Shown here piece by piece: positions 12,944 through 27,021 of a stretch of DNA of 51,606 nucleotides; within the stretch, counting starts at the first letter, position 1, and every line of letters begins with the position of its first letter. The stretch comes from Eledone cirrhosa (taxonomy: Eukaryota), in assembly GCA_964016885.1 (NCBI GenBank), contig CAXHJY010000564.1, positions 1 to 51,606 on the forward strand, in the 5' to 3' direction. The translations under genes and the position numbers were made by a program. The notes beneath the pieces are model-generated. The model saw nothing but the letters and a program-made list of their open reading frames with translations. It ran no database searches and was not told the origin of the DNA.

Positions 12944-13345
12944 TAAACGGAATAGAAAATGCTGACAAATTGTTCACAGTGAAAAATAGTTTAATTAGGA
13001 ATAAGTGATAATTAGTAATAGTATTGGTTAGTATTAAGTTTTGGTTTTAAGTTTTACCGGTTGCGCATTTCTAATGCTTTTCAAAAATAATTTTGTGATA
13101 GAGCGTCCGTGATGTTTGCTCAGATCAGAGCAAACATCACGGATGCTCTATCTCAAAATTATTTTTGAAAAGCATTAGAAATGCGCAACCGGTAAAACTT
13201 AAAACCAAAACTTAATACTAACCAATACTATTACTAATTATCACTTATTCCTAATTAAACTATTTTTCACTGTGAACAATTTGTCAGCATTTTCTATTCC
13301 GTTTACCAATATATCAAACTTGTGTGTTACACCTCTATTTTTTTA
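12935..13345 (+). mobile_element. Family D fold-back: near-perfect ~380-bp palindrome plus ~30-bp tail
   Basis: Arms 12935-13121 and 13128-13314 with about 2 mismatches. Degenerate HHR-like motif tTGAAAA gcatt aga aatgc GCAA ccggta. Confidence 0.9.
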
Positions 13346-13359
13346 TATATATATATATA

Positions 13360-13562
13360 TAGGAACCAGTAAGACCCCGACGGCTGGGCTCAAACCGTTT
13401 CGACGGCTAATTCTGGACTAATTTTAGTCCAGAATTAGCCGTCGAAACGGCTTGAGCTCAGCCGTCGGGGTCTTACTGGTTCCTATTACCCACTCTACTA
13501 CCCCAAGTATTGAGTACTTTGGTGCGTTATGGTCCACCTGGTTCCTTACCACATTTCCTTCG

Positions 13563-13565
<3 letters not shown>
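13360..13565 (+). mobile_element. Family A fold-back element
   Basis: Centre ggactaattttagtcc; arm ends ggaaccagtaag and cttactggttcc. Confidence 0.85.
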
Positions 13566-13640
<75 letters not shown>

Positions 13641-13991
13641 ATATATCAATGATAGTGAGTAAAATGAATATACACTAACAAAATTGATATATTTCTTTAA
13701 TGGAATATATACAAAGGAAATAAATCATTATTGAAAGGTATCGATATTCAAGATTCTTGAATTTTTTATGTTACCTCCGTAATTATGTGTGTTTACACTC
13801 TTTACAATTTAACCCCTGTCAATGTTTGATATGTCTATTATATATATATATGTCAATCCACTTCTAATTTAATTTAATTATAGTTTCCATTTATTAATAT
13901 ATATAAATATATATAAATATAGTTTCCATTTATTAATATATATAAATATATATAAATATAGTTTCCATTTATTAATAATATATATATAAAT

Positions 13992-14330
13992 ATATATATT
14001 AATAAATGGAAACTATATTTATAAAACCATAATTATTTTATTATATATATTTCAAGGGCGACCAAGGTAAATTATGGTGCGCTTTCATCATATAAAATAC
14101 AGATTTGTTTTATAAATAAATATTGACATAGCCCGGAAAAAAGACAACCGTTGAGGTTGTCTTTTTTCCGGGCTATGTCAATATTTATTTATAAAACAAA
14201 TCTGTATTTTATATGATGAAAGCGCACCATAATTTACCTTGGTCGCCCTTGAAATATATATAATAAAATAATTATGGTTTTATAAATATAGTTTCCATTT
14301 ATTAATATATTGTATATTTACTCCACTAAA
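13992..14330 (+). mobile_element. Family B fold-back: apparently perfect ~320-bp palindrome
   Basis: Arms about 13992-14149 and 14155-14310, 5-nt loop. The HHR at 14205-14270 has ATGATGA (C3>A) in both arms. Confidence 0.88.
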
Positions 14331-14385
14331 TGTATATATAGTGACGAAACATAAGTCAATTGCATGAACTCATAATCCTTTATTT

Positions 14386-14442
14386 ACTGCTGTATATATT
14401 TCGATGATAGCCATCGAATGGCTATGACCTCATCAGGCAGTT
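14386..14442 (-). ncRNA. Type I HHR motif, cleavage-site U apparently mutated
   Basis: Reverse complement: actgc CTGATGA ggtc atagcca ttcga tggctat catc GAAA tatataca gcagt. Confidence 0.6.
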
Positions 14443-14504
14443 AGTCAGTTCTCAGATATGCCAGCTCTGTGTTTACAGTGTTGATGGTATCAGAGCCTTG
14501 GGAC

Positions 14505-14549
<45 letters not shown>

Positions 14550-14984
14550 CTAATTATATTACATCCAATAAAACATGAATATAAGGGCTACAACTTGCTT
14601 GAAAATTAGCTTGGCAGTGATGAGGTCCCGAGTTCAATCCCGCTAGGGGTATATTTTAATATAGAGTTAGGTTGTCTCAGACCATAGGAGGGAAATTGGG
14701 GGGATGTAACAGAGAGGAGGGGGGGGGGCATAGGGAGTGATAGTGAGTGAAGGAGGGATAGAGAAGTAACGGTGATAGAGAGGGGGGATAGAGAGGGAGG
14801 GCGGGACAGTGACGGTGATAGAGAGGCAGGGTGAGTGAGTGAGGGATAGAGAGTGAGTGAGGGAGGGAGAGTGACGGTGATAGAGAGGGAGAGGGGTGGA
14901 GGGGTAGAGAGAGAGAGAGAGAGAGTGAGAGGGGTGGAATGAGAGATTATGAGAGAGAGGGACGAAGATACAGATAGGGGGGTG

Positions 14985-15275
14985 AGGGAGATAGAGAGTG
15001 ATCGACAGTGGGATAGAGAGAGAGGGGTGAGGGAGAGAGGGAGTGATTGACAGTGAGATAGAGAGAGAGGGGGAGGGAGAGAGGGAGTGATTGACAGTGA
15101 GAGAGGGGGAGGAAAGAGGGAATGATTGACAGTGAGATAGAGAGAGAGGGGTGAGGGAGAGAGGGAGTGATTGACAGTGAGAGAGGGGGAGGGAAGAGGG
15201 AGTGATTGACAGTGAGATAGAGAGAGAGGGGTGAGGGAGAGAGGGAGTGGTTGACAGTGAGAGAGAGAGGGTGAG
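14985..15275. repeat. GA-rich minisatellite, about 37-43 bp unit
   Basis: gagtgattgacagtgaga recurs about 7 times. Confidence 0.8.
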
Positions 15276-15767
15276 AGAGTGACAGACAGAAAGTGAGAAC
15301 GGGTGAGAGGTGAGAAGAGAAAAAGCAGTGAAGAAGAGAAAGAGGGAGGGGTGTTATTAAGGTAGAGAGGGGTAGAAGTGGGGGGAGAATGTGTGAATGG
15401 ATTTGTGAAAATGATTCATAGTGTGTGTATGTGTGAGTGTGAGTGTGTGAGTGTGTGTGTATGTGTAAGTGTGAGTGTGTGTGTGAGTGTGTGTGTGTGA
15501 TTGTGTGAATGTGAGTGTGTGTGATTGTGTCTTGTGTGTGTGTGTGTGAGAGTGCGTGTGTCAATGTGTGTGTGACTGTGAGTGTGTGTGTGAATGTGTG
15601 AGTGTGTGTGTGTGTATATACTGTACACTCATACGCAATATATATAACACACCTATATATGTATACACGCAGATGTATACGAGAAATATTCGTGCTTATA
15701 TAAGACATACATATATGTACGTTATCATATATATACTCGTATATAATCTTGTGTATATAAATAATGA

Positions 15768-15827
<60 letters not shown>

Positions 15828-16172
15828 CTGTATGTACGTATATATTTATGTATATCTGTATGTACGTATATATTTATGTATATATGGAAGTATATATGTA
15901 CGTATGTATGTACGCACGTATGTATGCATGTATGCATGTATGCATATATGTATGTAAGTAAGTAAGTATGTATGTATATATGTATATATGTATATATGTA
16001 AGTATGTATGCATATTTGCATGAAAGTAAGTAAGTATGTATGTATGTATATATGTATATATGTAAGTATGTAGGTATATATATGTATGTATGTATATATG
16101 TATATATGTAGGTATGTATGTAAGTATGTAGGTATATATGTATGTATATATGTTTGTATGAATATATATATT

Positions 16173-16203
<31 letters not shown>

Positions 16204-16398
16204 ATGTATGTACGTATGTATGAATGAAAATATGTATGTATATATGTATATATATATATGTATATGTGTACGTATGTGTATATATGTGTGTGTTTAACGA
16301 ATATATATATTGTATTTCATTTAACAGTGTGCTTAGTTAAACTGTCATGTGTCTGTGTCTGTGTGTGTGTGTGTGTGTGTCTGTGTCTGTGTGTCTGT

Positions 16399-16430
<32 letters not shown>

Positions 16431-17071
16431 CTGTGTGTCTGTCAGCCAAGAGAGATTGTGCGTGTGTTGTTTACCTGGATAGCTTTATGTATGTGTGTAT
16501 GTATGTTTATGTATGTATGTGTGTGTGTGTGTTTATGTATGCGTGTATGTATGTATGCATGTATGTGTTTATGTATGTGTGTATGTGTGTATGTATGTAT
16601 GTTTATTTATGTGTGTATGTATGTATGTATGTATGTATGTTTATGTATGTGTGTGTTTATGTCTGTGTGTATGTATGTATGTGTTTATGTATGTATGTTT
16701 ATGTATGTGTGTGTGTGTGTGTTTATGTCTGTGTATGTATGTATGTATGTATGTGTTTATGTATGTGTGTATGTGTGTATGTATGTATGTTTATGTATAT
16801 GTGTGTGTGTTTATGTCTGTGTGTATGTATGTATGTATGTGTTTATGTGTGTATGTATGTATGTTTATGTATATATGTGTGTGTGTGTGTTTATGTATGT
16901 GTCTGTGTATGTGTTTATGTATGTACTTATACATATATGGATGTTTTTAATGTATGTATGTATATATATATGTACGGATATATGTATATATATATATATA
17001 TATGTACAGATATATGTATGTGTGTATATATGTACGTGTATGTATGTCAATGTCTCTGATGTATATATGCA

Positions 17072-17138
<67 letters not shown>

Positions 17139-17185
17139 AATATACATATATATATAAATATACATATATATTTATATATATACAT

Positions 17186-17274
<89 letters not shown>

Positions 17275-17286
17275 AATATATCTATA

Positions 17287-17318
<32 letters not shown>

Positions 17319-17362
17319 CACACATATACATATATATATATATATTTAATATTTATATAAAA

Positions 17363-17395
<33 letters not shown>

Positions 17396-17428
17396 TTTAT
17401 ATAGAAATATATATATATATATATATAG

Positions 17429-17475
<47 letters not shown>

Positions 17476-17597
17476 TTTATATAGAAATATATATATATAT
17501 ATATATATGTGTGCGTGTGTTTATGATGTCTGGGTCGTTTGATATTGAAACCGTGACAGAGGCCAGCAAAACAAAACCAGGAATTTGTAATGAACGA

Positions 17598-17806
17598 ATG
17601 AATGGAAGTGGGAGTGTTTTGGTGGCAGTGATGGTGGGAGGAGATGTTTGAATGGAAGTGGGAGTGTTTCGGTGGCAGTGACGGTGGGAGAAGATGCTTG
17701 AATGGGAGTAGGAGTGTTTCCGTGGCAGTGGTGGTGGGAGGAGATGTTTGAATGGGAGTAGGAGTGTTTTTGTGGCAGTGATGGTGGAGAAGAGTGTTTG
17801 AATGGG
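17598..17806. repeat. 50-bp tandem repeat, 4 copies
   Basis: aatggaagtgggagtgtttt.gtggcagtgatggtgggaggagatgtttg starting at 17601, 17651, 17701 and 17751. Confidence 0.9.
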
Positions 17807-17849
17807 GAAGATGTGAACAGAGCTGCAATGAATGACGGCTTTACGTTGT

Positions 17850-19205
17850 AGTGGCGGCGGGGGCGATGGTGATGGTGGTGGTGGTGGTAGTGGGGGCGGT
17901 GGTGGTGGTAGTGGCGGTGGTGGTGGTGGTGGTGTTGTTGGATAGGTGGGTTAGCGGTGGAGGAGGCGGCGGTGGCACTGGTGGTGTTGGTGGTGGTGAT
18001 ATTGGTATTGTTGTTGGTGGTGGTGGTGGTGTTGGTAGTGATGGTGTTGGTCGTGATGGTGGTGGCGTTGGTAGTGGTGTTGGTAGTGGTGGTGGTGGGG
18101 GTGTTGGTAGTGATGATAGTGGTGGTGGTGGTGGCAGTGGTGGTGGTGGTGTTGGTCGTGATGGTGGTGGCGTTGGTAGTGGTGTTGGTAGTGGTGGTGG
18201 TAGTGGTGGTGTTGGTAGTGGTGTTGGTAGTGATGGTGGTGTTGGTAGTGGTGGTGGAGGTGATGGTTGTAGTGTTGGTAGTGATGGTGGTGGTGTTGGT
18301 AGTGGTGGTGGTGGGGGTGTTCGTAGTGGTGTTGGTAGTGGTGGTGGTGGGGGTGTTGGCAGTGGTGTTGGTAGTGGTGGTGGTGGGGGTGTTGGTAGTG
18401 GTGTTGGTAGTGGTGGTGGTGGTGGTGTTGGTAGTGATGGTGGTGGTGTTGGTAGTGGTGGTGGTGGGGGTGTTGGCAGTGGTGGTGGTGGTGGTGGTGG
18501 TGGTGGTGGTGGTGGTGTTGGTAGTGATGGTGGTGGTGTTGGTAGTGGTGGTGGTGGGGGTGTTGGCAGTGGTGGTGGTGGTGGTGGTGGTGGTGGTGGT
18601 GGTGGTGGTGGTGGTTGTGGTGGTGGTGGTGTTGGTGTTGGTAGTGGTGGTGGTGTTGGTGTAGGTAGTGGTGGTGGAGGTGATGGTTGTAGTGTTGGTA
18701 GTGATGGTGGTGGTGTTGGTAGTGGTGGTGGTGGGGGTGTTGGTAGTGGTGTTGGTAGTGGTGGTGGTGGTGGTGTTGGTAGTGATGGTGGTGGTGTTGG
18801 TAGTGGTGGTGGTGGGGGTGTTGGCAGTGGTGGTGGTGGTGGTGGTGGTGGTGGTGGTGGTGTTGGTAGTGATGGTGGTGGTGTTGGTAGTGGTGGTGGT
18901 GGGGGTGTTGGCGGTGGTGGTGGTGGTGGTGGTGGTGGTGGTGGTGGTGGTGGTGGTGGTTGTGGTGGTGGTGGTGTTGGTGTTGGTAGTGGAGGTGGTG
19001 TTGGTGTAGGTAGTGGTGGTGGTGGTGTTGGTAGTGGTGGTGGTGGTGTTGGTAGTGGAGGTGGTGTTGGTGGGAAATGTAATAACCATTAGACGTGGTT
19101 GTCAGGTGGTAGTGGGAGGTTGAGTCTTGGAGGAAGAAGGGGAGGAGGAGGTTGAGGAGGAAGGGGAGGCGATGATGACGAGGTGTTTTGGTTATGGAAT
19201 CTATG

Positions 19206-19237
<32 letters not shown>

Positions 19238-21150
19238 GGGAACTTGAATGGAAGAGGTAGTGGTAGGAGGTGAGGTTGAACTGCGGTAGCAGTTGGAGTA
19301 GGAGGCAGTTCAATGAATGAATGAATGACTTGGTTATTGGGTCGGGGAGGGTGATGGTGGTGGTGGTGGTGGTGGTGGTGGTGGTGGTGGTGGTGGTGGT
19401 GGTTGTGGTGGTGGTTGTGGTGGTGGTGGTTGTGGTGGTGGTGGTGGTTGTGGTTGTGGTTGTGGTGGTGGTGGTTGTGGTTGTGGTGGTGGTGGTTGTG
19501 GTGGTGGTTGTGGTTGTGGTGGTGGTGGTGGTGGTGGTGGTGGTTGTGGTTGTGGTGGTGGTTGTGGTGGTGGTGGTGGTGATGGTGGCTGTGGTTGTGG
19601 TGGTGGTTGTGGTGGTGGTGGTGGTGGTGGTGGTTGTGGTGGTGGTTCTGGTGGTGGTGGTGGTGGTTGTGGTGGTGGTGGTGGTTGTGGTGGTGGTTGT
19701 GGTGGTGGTGGTGGTGGTTGTGGTGGTGGTGGTGGTGGTTGTGGTGGTGGTGGTGGTGGTTGTAGTGGTTGTGGTTGTGGTGGTGGTGGTTGTGTTCTGG
19801 TGGTGATGGTTGTGGTGGTGGTGGTTGCGGTTGTGGTGGTGGTGGTGGTGGTGGTGGTGGTTGTGGTGGTGGTTGTGGTTGTGGTTGTGGTTGTGGTGGT
19901 GGTGGTTGTGGTGGTTGTGGTGGTGGTTGTGGTGGTGGTGGTGGTGGTGGTGGTTATGGTGGTGGTGGTGGTGGTGGTGGTAGTTGTGGTTGTGGTGGTT
20001 GTGGTTGTGGTGGTGGTGGTTGTGGTGGTGGTGGTGGTGGTGGTGGTTGTGGTGGTGGTGGTGGTGGTGGTTGTGGTGGTGGTGGTTGTGGTTGTGGTGG
20101 TGGTGGTGGTGGTGGTGGTGGTGGTGGTGGTGGTGGTGGTGGTTGGGGTGGTGGTGGTGGTGGTGGTGGTGGTGGTTGTGGTGGTGGTGGTGGTGGTTGT
20201 GGTTGTGTGGTGGCGGTTGTGGTTGTGGTGGTGGTTGTGGTGGTGGTTGTGGTTGTGGTTGTGGTGGTGGTGGTGGTTGTGGTGGTGGTGGTAGATGTGG
20301 CTGTGGTGGTGGGGGTGGTGGTGGTGGTGGTGGTGGTAGTGGTTGTGGTGGTGGTGGTGGTGGTGGTGGTGGTGGTTGTGGTGGTTGCGGTGGTGGTTGT
20401 GGTGGTTGCGGTGGTGATTGTGGTGGTTGCGGTGGTGGTTGTGGTGGTGGTGGTGGTAATGGTGGTAATGGTGGTGGTGGTAATGAAGGCGATGGATAGT
20501 GTAGGTGGCGTTAGTAGTAATGATAATGATAGCGGTAATGCTGATGGTAGTGGTGGTGGTGGTGGTTGTGGTGGTGATAGTGGTGATAGTGGTGGTGGTG
20601 GTGGAGGTGGTGGTGATAGTGATGGTGGTGGTGGTTGTAGTGGTGGTGGTGATAGTAGTGTTTATAGTGGTGGTGATGATAGTGGTTATACTATTGGTAG
20701 TGGTGGTAGTAGTGGTGGTGGTGGTGGTGGTTGTAGTGGCGGTTGTGGTGGTGGTGGTGATTGTTATGGTTATGATGGTGACCGTGTTAGTTTCCAGCTG
20801 ATTCATGAAGCTTTTAGTAGAGCAGTAGGGGTGTAGTGGTGGTGGTGGTGGTGGTGGTGGTGGTGGTGGTGGTGGTGGTGGTGGTGATGGTGGTGGTAGT
20901 AGTGGTGATGGTGGTGATAGCGGTGGTGGTGGTGGTGGTAGTGGTGGTGGTGGTGATAGCGGTGGCGGTGATAGTGGTGGTGGTGTAGTTGGTGGTGGTT
21001 ATAGAGGTGGTGGTAGCGGTGATTGAATTGGTAGTGGTGGTGGTGATGGTGGTGGTGGTTATAGCATTGGTGGTGGTAACAATGGTGGTGGTGGTAGTGG
21101 TGGTGGTGGTGGTGGTGGTGGTAACAATGGTGGTGGTGGTGGTGGTGGTG
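17850..21150. repeat. Large (GGT)n-based compound trinucleotide region
   Basis: Directly visible; the register shifts repeatedly. Confidence 0.95.
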
Positions 21151-21739
21151 GGTGTTTGTGTGAATAGAGAGGAAGAGAGAGAGAGGGGGGAGGGAAGGGA
21201 GAGCAGAGTGAAGGCGGAAGGAGAGCAAGGGGAGGGGGGTAGGGGTGGAGAAGAAGAGCTGGCAGGAGGGTGTGTGTGTGTGTGTGTGTGTACGTGTGTG
21301 TCTGAATGTGTGTGTGTACTTGCGCCTATGTGTGTGTGTGTGTGTGTGTAAATGGAGACGGGGAGAGGAGGGAAGGCGGGACAGGGAGGTGGGGAGGGGT
21401 GTATTCTTTGGGATGTTGTAAACAACTTAGACTGACGTGTATGTCTGTGTGTATATATGTATGTATATTAGTATGTATATATGTATATATGAACCTATGT
21501 ATGTATATTAGTATGTATGTATATTTCAATGTATGTATGTATGTATGTATGTATGTATGTATGTATGTATGTATGTATGTATATATGAACGTATGTATGT
21601 ATGTTTGTATGTGTATGCATGTATATGTGTAAGCATGTATGTATATATATCTATCTATATATATATATATATATATGTATATATGAATGTATGTATATAT
21701 ATATATATATATATATGTATATGAATGTATATATGTATC

Positions 21740-21799
<60 letters not shown>

Positions 21800-21929
21800 C
21801 ATGTATATATGTATATGCATGTATGTATGTATATATATATATATATATATGTATGAATGTATGTATATATATATGTGTGTGCGTGTGTAAGAGATAGACA
21901 GTACGTTTCTGTGTGTGGGTGGGTGTTAC

Positions 21930-22004
<75 letters not shown>

Positions 22005-22138
22005 TACATTGTATGAATTTTGGAGAGTGTATATATAATTATACATATAATTACATATACACTAACACTATATGTATATATATATATGTGTGTGTATATA
22101 TATTATTTGTTATATATTGTATAATGTTGTGAGTGAGA

Positions 22139-22304
<166 letters not shown>

Positions 22305-22365
22305 CTGAGATTCAAGCTGCGTCGTCAGCAGCAATCTATGAAACTAAGTATAGAGTGTAATCTCA

Positions 22366-22429
<64 letters not shown>

Positions 22430-22452
22430 GTATGTATATATATATATGTATG

Positions 22453-22543
<91 letters not shown>

Positions 22544-22566
22544 GTATGTATATATATATATGTATG

Positions 22567-22683
<117 letters not shown>

Positions 22684-22702
22684 GTATATATATATATGTA
22701 TG

Positions 22703-22752
<50 letters not shown>

Positions 22753-23357
22753 TATGTAGATAAATCTACCAAAATAAACGGTAGTGTCCAATCCGTATGA
22801 AGAACTCAATGTAATGCTGATAATTTGTAATATGTTTTTACATAGATCTTTAATATGATATATATACCTACACACACATATATATATCCCAGAAACGATC
22901 GTAAAATGATGATTTTTTCAACATAAGAAACCTGTTCTTTGTTTTTATTTCATTGTTTTTATTAATTTATATACATATATATATATGTGTGTATATATGT
23001 ATATATATATAATATATATATATATATAATTGCTTTTGAAAACAGCTGGTGATATGCATGTAAGTAAATATTCTCTTTATCTCATATTTTGTAACTAACC
23101 TTACATAGATCAATAACGAAGTATAGCTACAATGTATTATCATCATCTAGAAACGATCGTAAAGCAGTGAAGTATATCTCTAATGATTTGATTTTTTATT
23201 TCATTCTTTTAACTTATATCATGACTCTGCTTTCCTTTTAATGTTTTATTGTTTTCCGGGATTTATCTTAACCTACAACATTTTCAACATATGGATTACA
23301 TTGAGTTCTTCATGCAGAGAACCCCACAACTTACCGTGGATATCTCTGTATATATAT

Positions 23358-23430
<73 letters not shown>

Positions 23431-23515
23431 TATACATATATATATATATACGTGTGTATATATATATATAGAGAGAGATATATACACATATATATATATA
23501 TACATATATATATAC

Positions 23516-23548
<33 letters not shown>

Positions 23549-23558
23549 CATATATATA

Positions 23559-24157
<599 letters not shown>

Positions 24158-24210
24158 ACATGTATCTATATATACAGATATATGCATGTATATATATAAA
24201 CATATATATA

Positions 24211-24327
<117 letters not shown>

Positions 24328-24340
24328 ATATTCATATACG

Positions 24341-24423
<83 letters not shown>

Positions 24424-24436
24424 ATATTCATATACG

Positions 24437-24532
<96 letters not shown>

Positions 24533-24628
24533 TACATATATATATACATTCGAAACATAAACAGAAACAACACAGTAGAATGGAGAAATAGATATATTAG
24601 TTTAACGTTTGACATAGTGGAAAAGAGG

Positions 24629-24663
24629 TTTTGCGTTTCGGATACTAGCCCTTCATCAGAAGC
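24629..24663 (-). ncRNA. Degenerate minimal HHR, family I (insertion about 24550-24745)
   Basis: Reverse complement gctt CTGATGA agggc tagt atcc GAAA cgca; cleavage-site U lost. Confidence 0.55.
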
Positions 24664-24762
24664 TTGAATGAGGAATGAAAACATATTAAATAGAAAGATA
24701 GAGGTTGAGAAGAGGATGGAACGGAAAACATTTTTTTTAGAAAACGTACGTGTGTATTGTCA

Positions 24763-24967
<205 letters not shown>

Positions 24968-25007
24968 TTCTGTAATTTGGTATTGAATCCCTGTTCGTTA
25001 CTTTTCC

Positions 25008-25715
25008 AACACCACATCTCCTAAACACCACAACATCTCCTAAACACCACAATATATCCTAAACACCACATCTCCTAAACACCACATCTCCTAAACACCA
25101 CAACATATCGTAAACACCACAACGTCTTCTAAACACCACAACATCTTCTAAACACCACAACATCTCCTAAACACCACAACATCTCCTAAACACCACAACA
25201 TCTCCTAAACACCACAACGTCTTCTAAACACCATAACATCTCCTAAACACCATAACATCTCCTAAACACCACAACGTATTCTAAACACCACAACGTCTTC
25301 TAAACACCACAACATCTCCTAAACACCACAACATCTCCTAAACACCACAACATCTCCTAAACACCACAACGTCTTCTAAACACCACAACGTCTCCTAAAC
25401 ACCACAACATCTCCTAAACACCACAACATCTCCTAAACACCACAACATCTCCTAAACATCACAACATCTCATAAACACCACAACGTCTTCTAAACACCAT
25501 AACATCTTCTAAACACCACATCTCCTAAACACCACAACATCTCATAAACACCACAACATCTTCTAAACACCATAACTTCTTCTAAACACCACAACGTCTT
25601 CTAAACACCATAACATCTCCTAAACACCATAACATCTCCTAAACACCACAACAGCTTCTAAACATCACAACATCTCATAAACACCACAGCAGTTCCTAAA
25701 CATCACAACATGCCC
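25008..25715. repeat. 19-bp minisatellite (ctaaacaccacaacatctc)n, about 37 copies
   Basis: Directly visible. Confidence 0.95.
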
Positions 25716-25907
25716 TAATTCTAAACGCTAAATAAATTGCATATTACAACCTGCAATAAACACCATTCCATATGTAATATGCACAACTTGAGGTGCACTA
25801 AACAGCAGGTAAATGCACCAACTGCAAACAGCAACATATTGCATGATACACAGTATCACTTAGTGAGAACAAAACAGGAATATATGTTTATATATGCATG
25901 TACTATA

Positions 25908-25980
<73 letters not shown>

Positions 25981-26106
25981 ACATATACATACACACATAT
26001 ATATATATATATATAAATGAGATATTTTATGTATATATATATATATATATGTGTGTGTGTATGCATAAAAATATGAGTGTCTCTCTCTCTCTCTCTCTAT
26101 ATATAT

Positions 26107-26171
<65 letters not shown>

Positions 26172-26339
26172 TACTCACAAATACGTGCATGTACCAAAAA
26201 AACAATATGCACACACAAAAAACAAGCCAGCATGCACCAAATAGCATAGCATGCTAAACTGTATTAAGAGTGCACCAAATTCCACAGCATGCTGCACAAT
26301 AACATGTACAATATGCAAGTCAGCTGCTATTGGTGGGAT

Positions 26340-26350
26340 GGATGGTTTTG

Positions 26351-26382
<32 letters not shown>

Positions 26383-26484
26383 GGTGGTGGTGGTGGTGTT
26401 GGTGGTGGTGGTGGTGGTGGTGCTGGGATGGATGTCGGCTGTTTGTTTGTCGTATGGTAGCAACTTTTACTGCTTTGTTGTTAC

Positions 26485-26533
<49 letters not shown>

Positions 26534-26574
26534 GGTGTTGTTGTTGGTAGTGTTGGTGTTGGTGGTGGTGGTTG

Positions 26575-26606
<32 letters not shown>

Positions 26607-26989
26607 GGTGTTGATGGTGGTGGTGGTGTTGGTGGTGGTGTTGGTGGTGGTGGTGGTCGTAGTGTTGTTGTTGACGTTGGTGGTAGTGGTGGTGGTGTCG
26701 TTAGTGTTGGTGGTGGTGGTGGTGTTGTTGGTAGTGTTGGTGTTGGTGGTGGTGGTTGTTGTTGTTGTTGGTGGTGGTGGTGGTGGTGGTGGTGGTGGTT
26801 GTTGTTGTTGCTGTTGATGTTGGTGGTGGTGGTGGCGTTGATGGTGGTGGTGTTGTTGTTGGTAGTGTTGGTGTTGGTGGTGGTGGTTGTTGTTGTTGTT
26901 GTTGTTGGTGGTGGTGGTAGTGGTGCTGGGATGGATGTCGGCTGTTTGTTTGTCGTATGGTAGCAACTTTTACTGCTTTGTTGTTACTG

Positions 26990-27021
<32 letters not shown>

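Noticed and set aside
14580-14655. tRNA gene (also 5690-5750 and 30466-30530)
   Set aside because: Only B-box or T-arm-like pieces; no complete cloverleaf.
17521-21425. Thr-rich mucin-like, Gly-rich and Val-rich long ORFs
   Set aside because: (GGT)n is open in several frames on both strands, the register shifts within the tract, and I see no signal peptide or splice context. A low-complexity exon cannot be strictly excluded without RNA data.
25008-25715. Telomere-like or CRISPR-like array
   Set aside because: 19-bp minisatellite without TTAGGG units or spacers.
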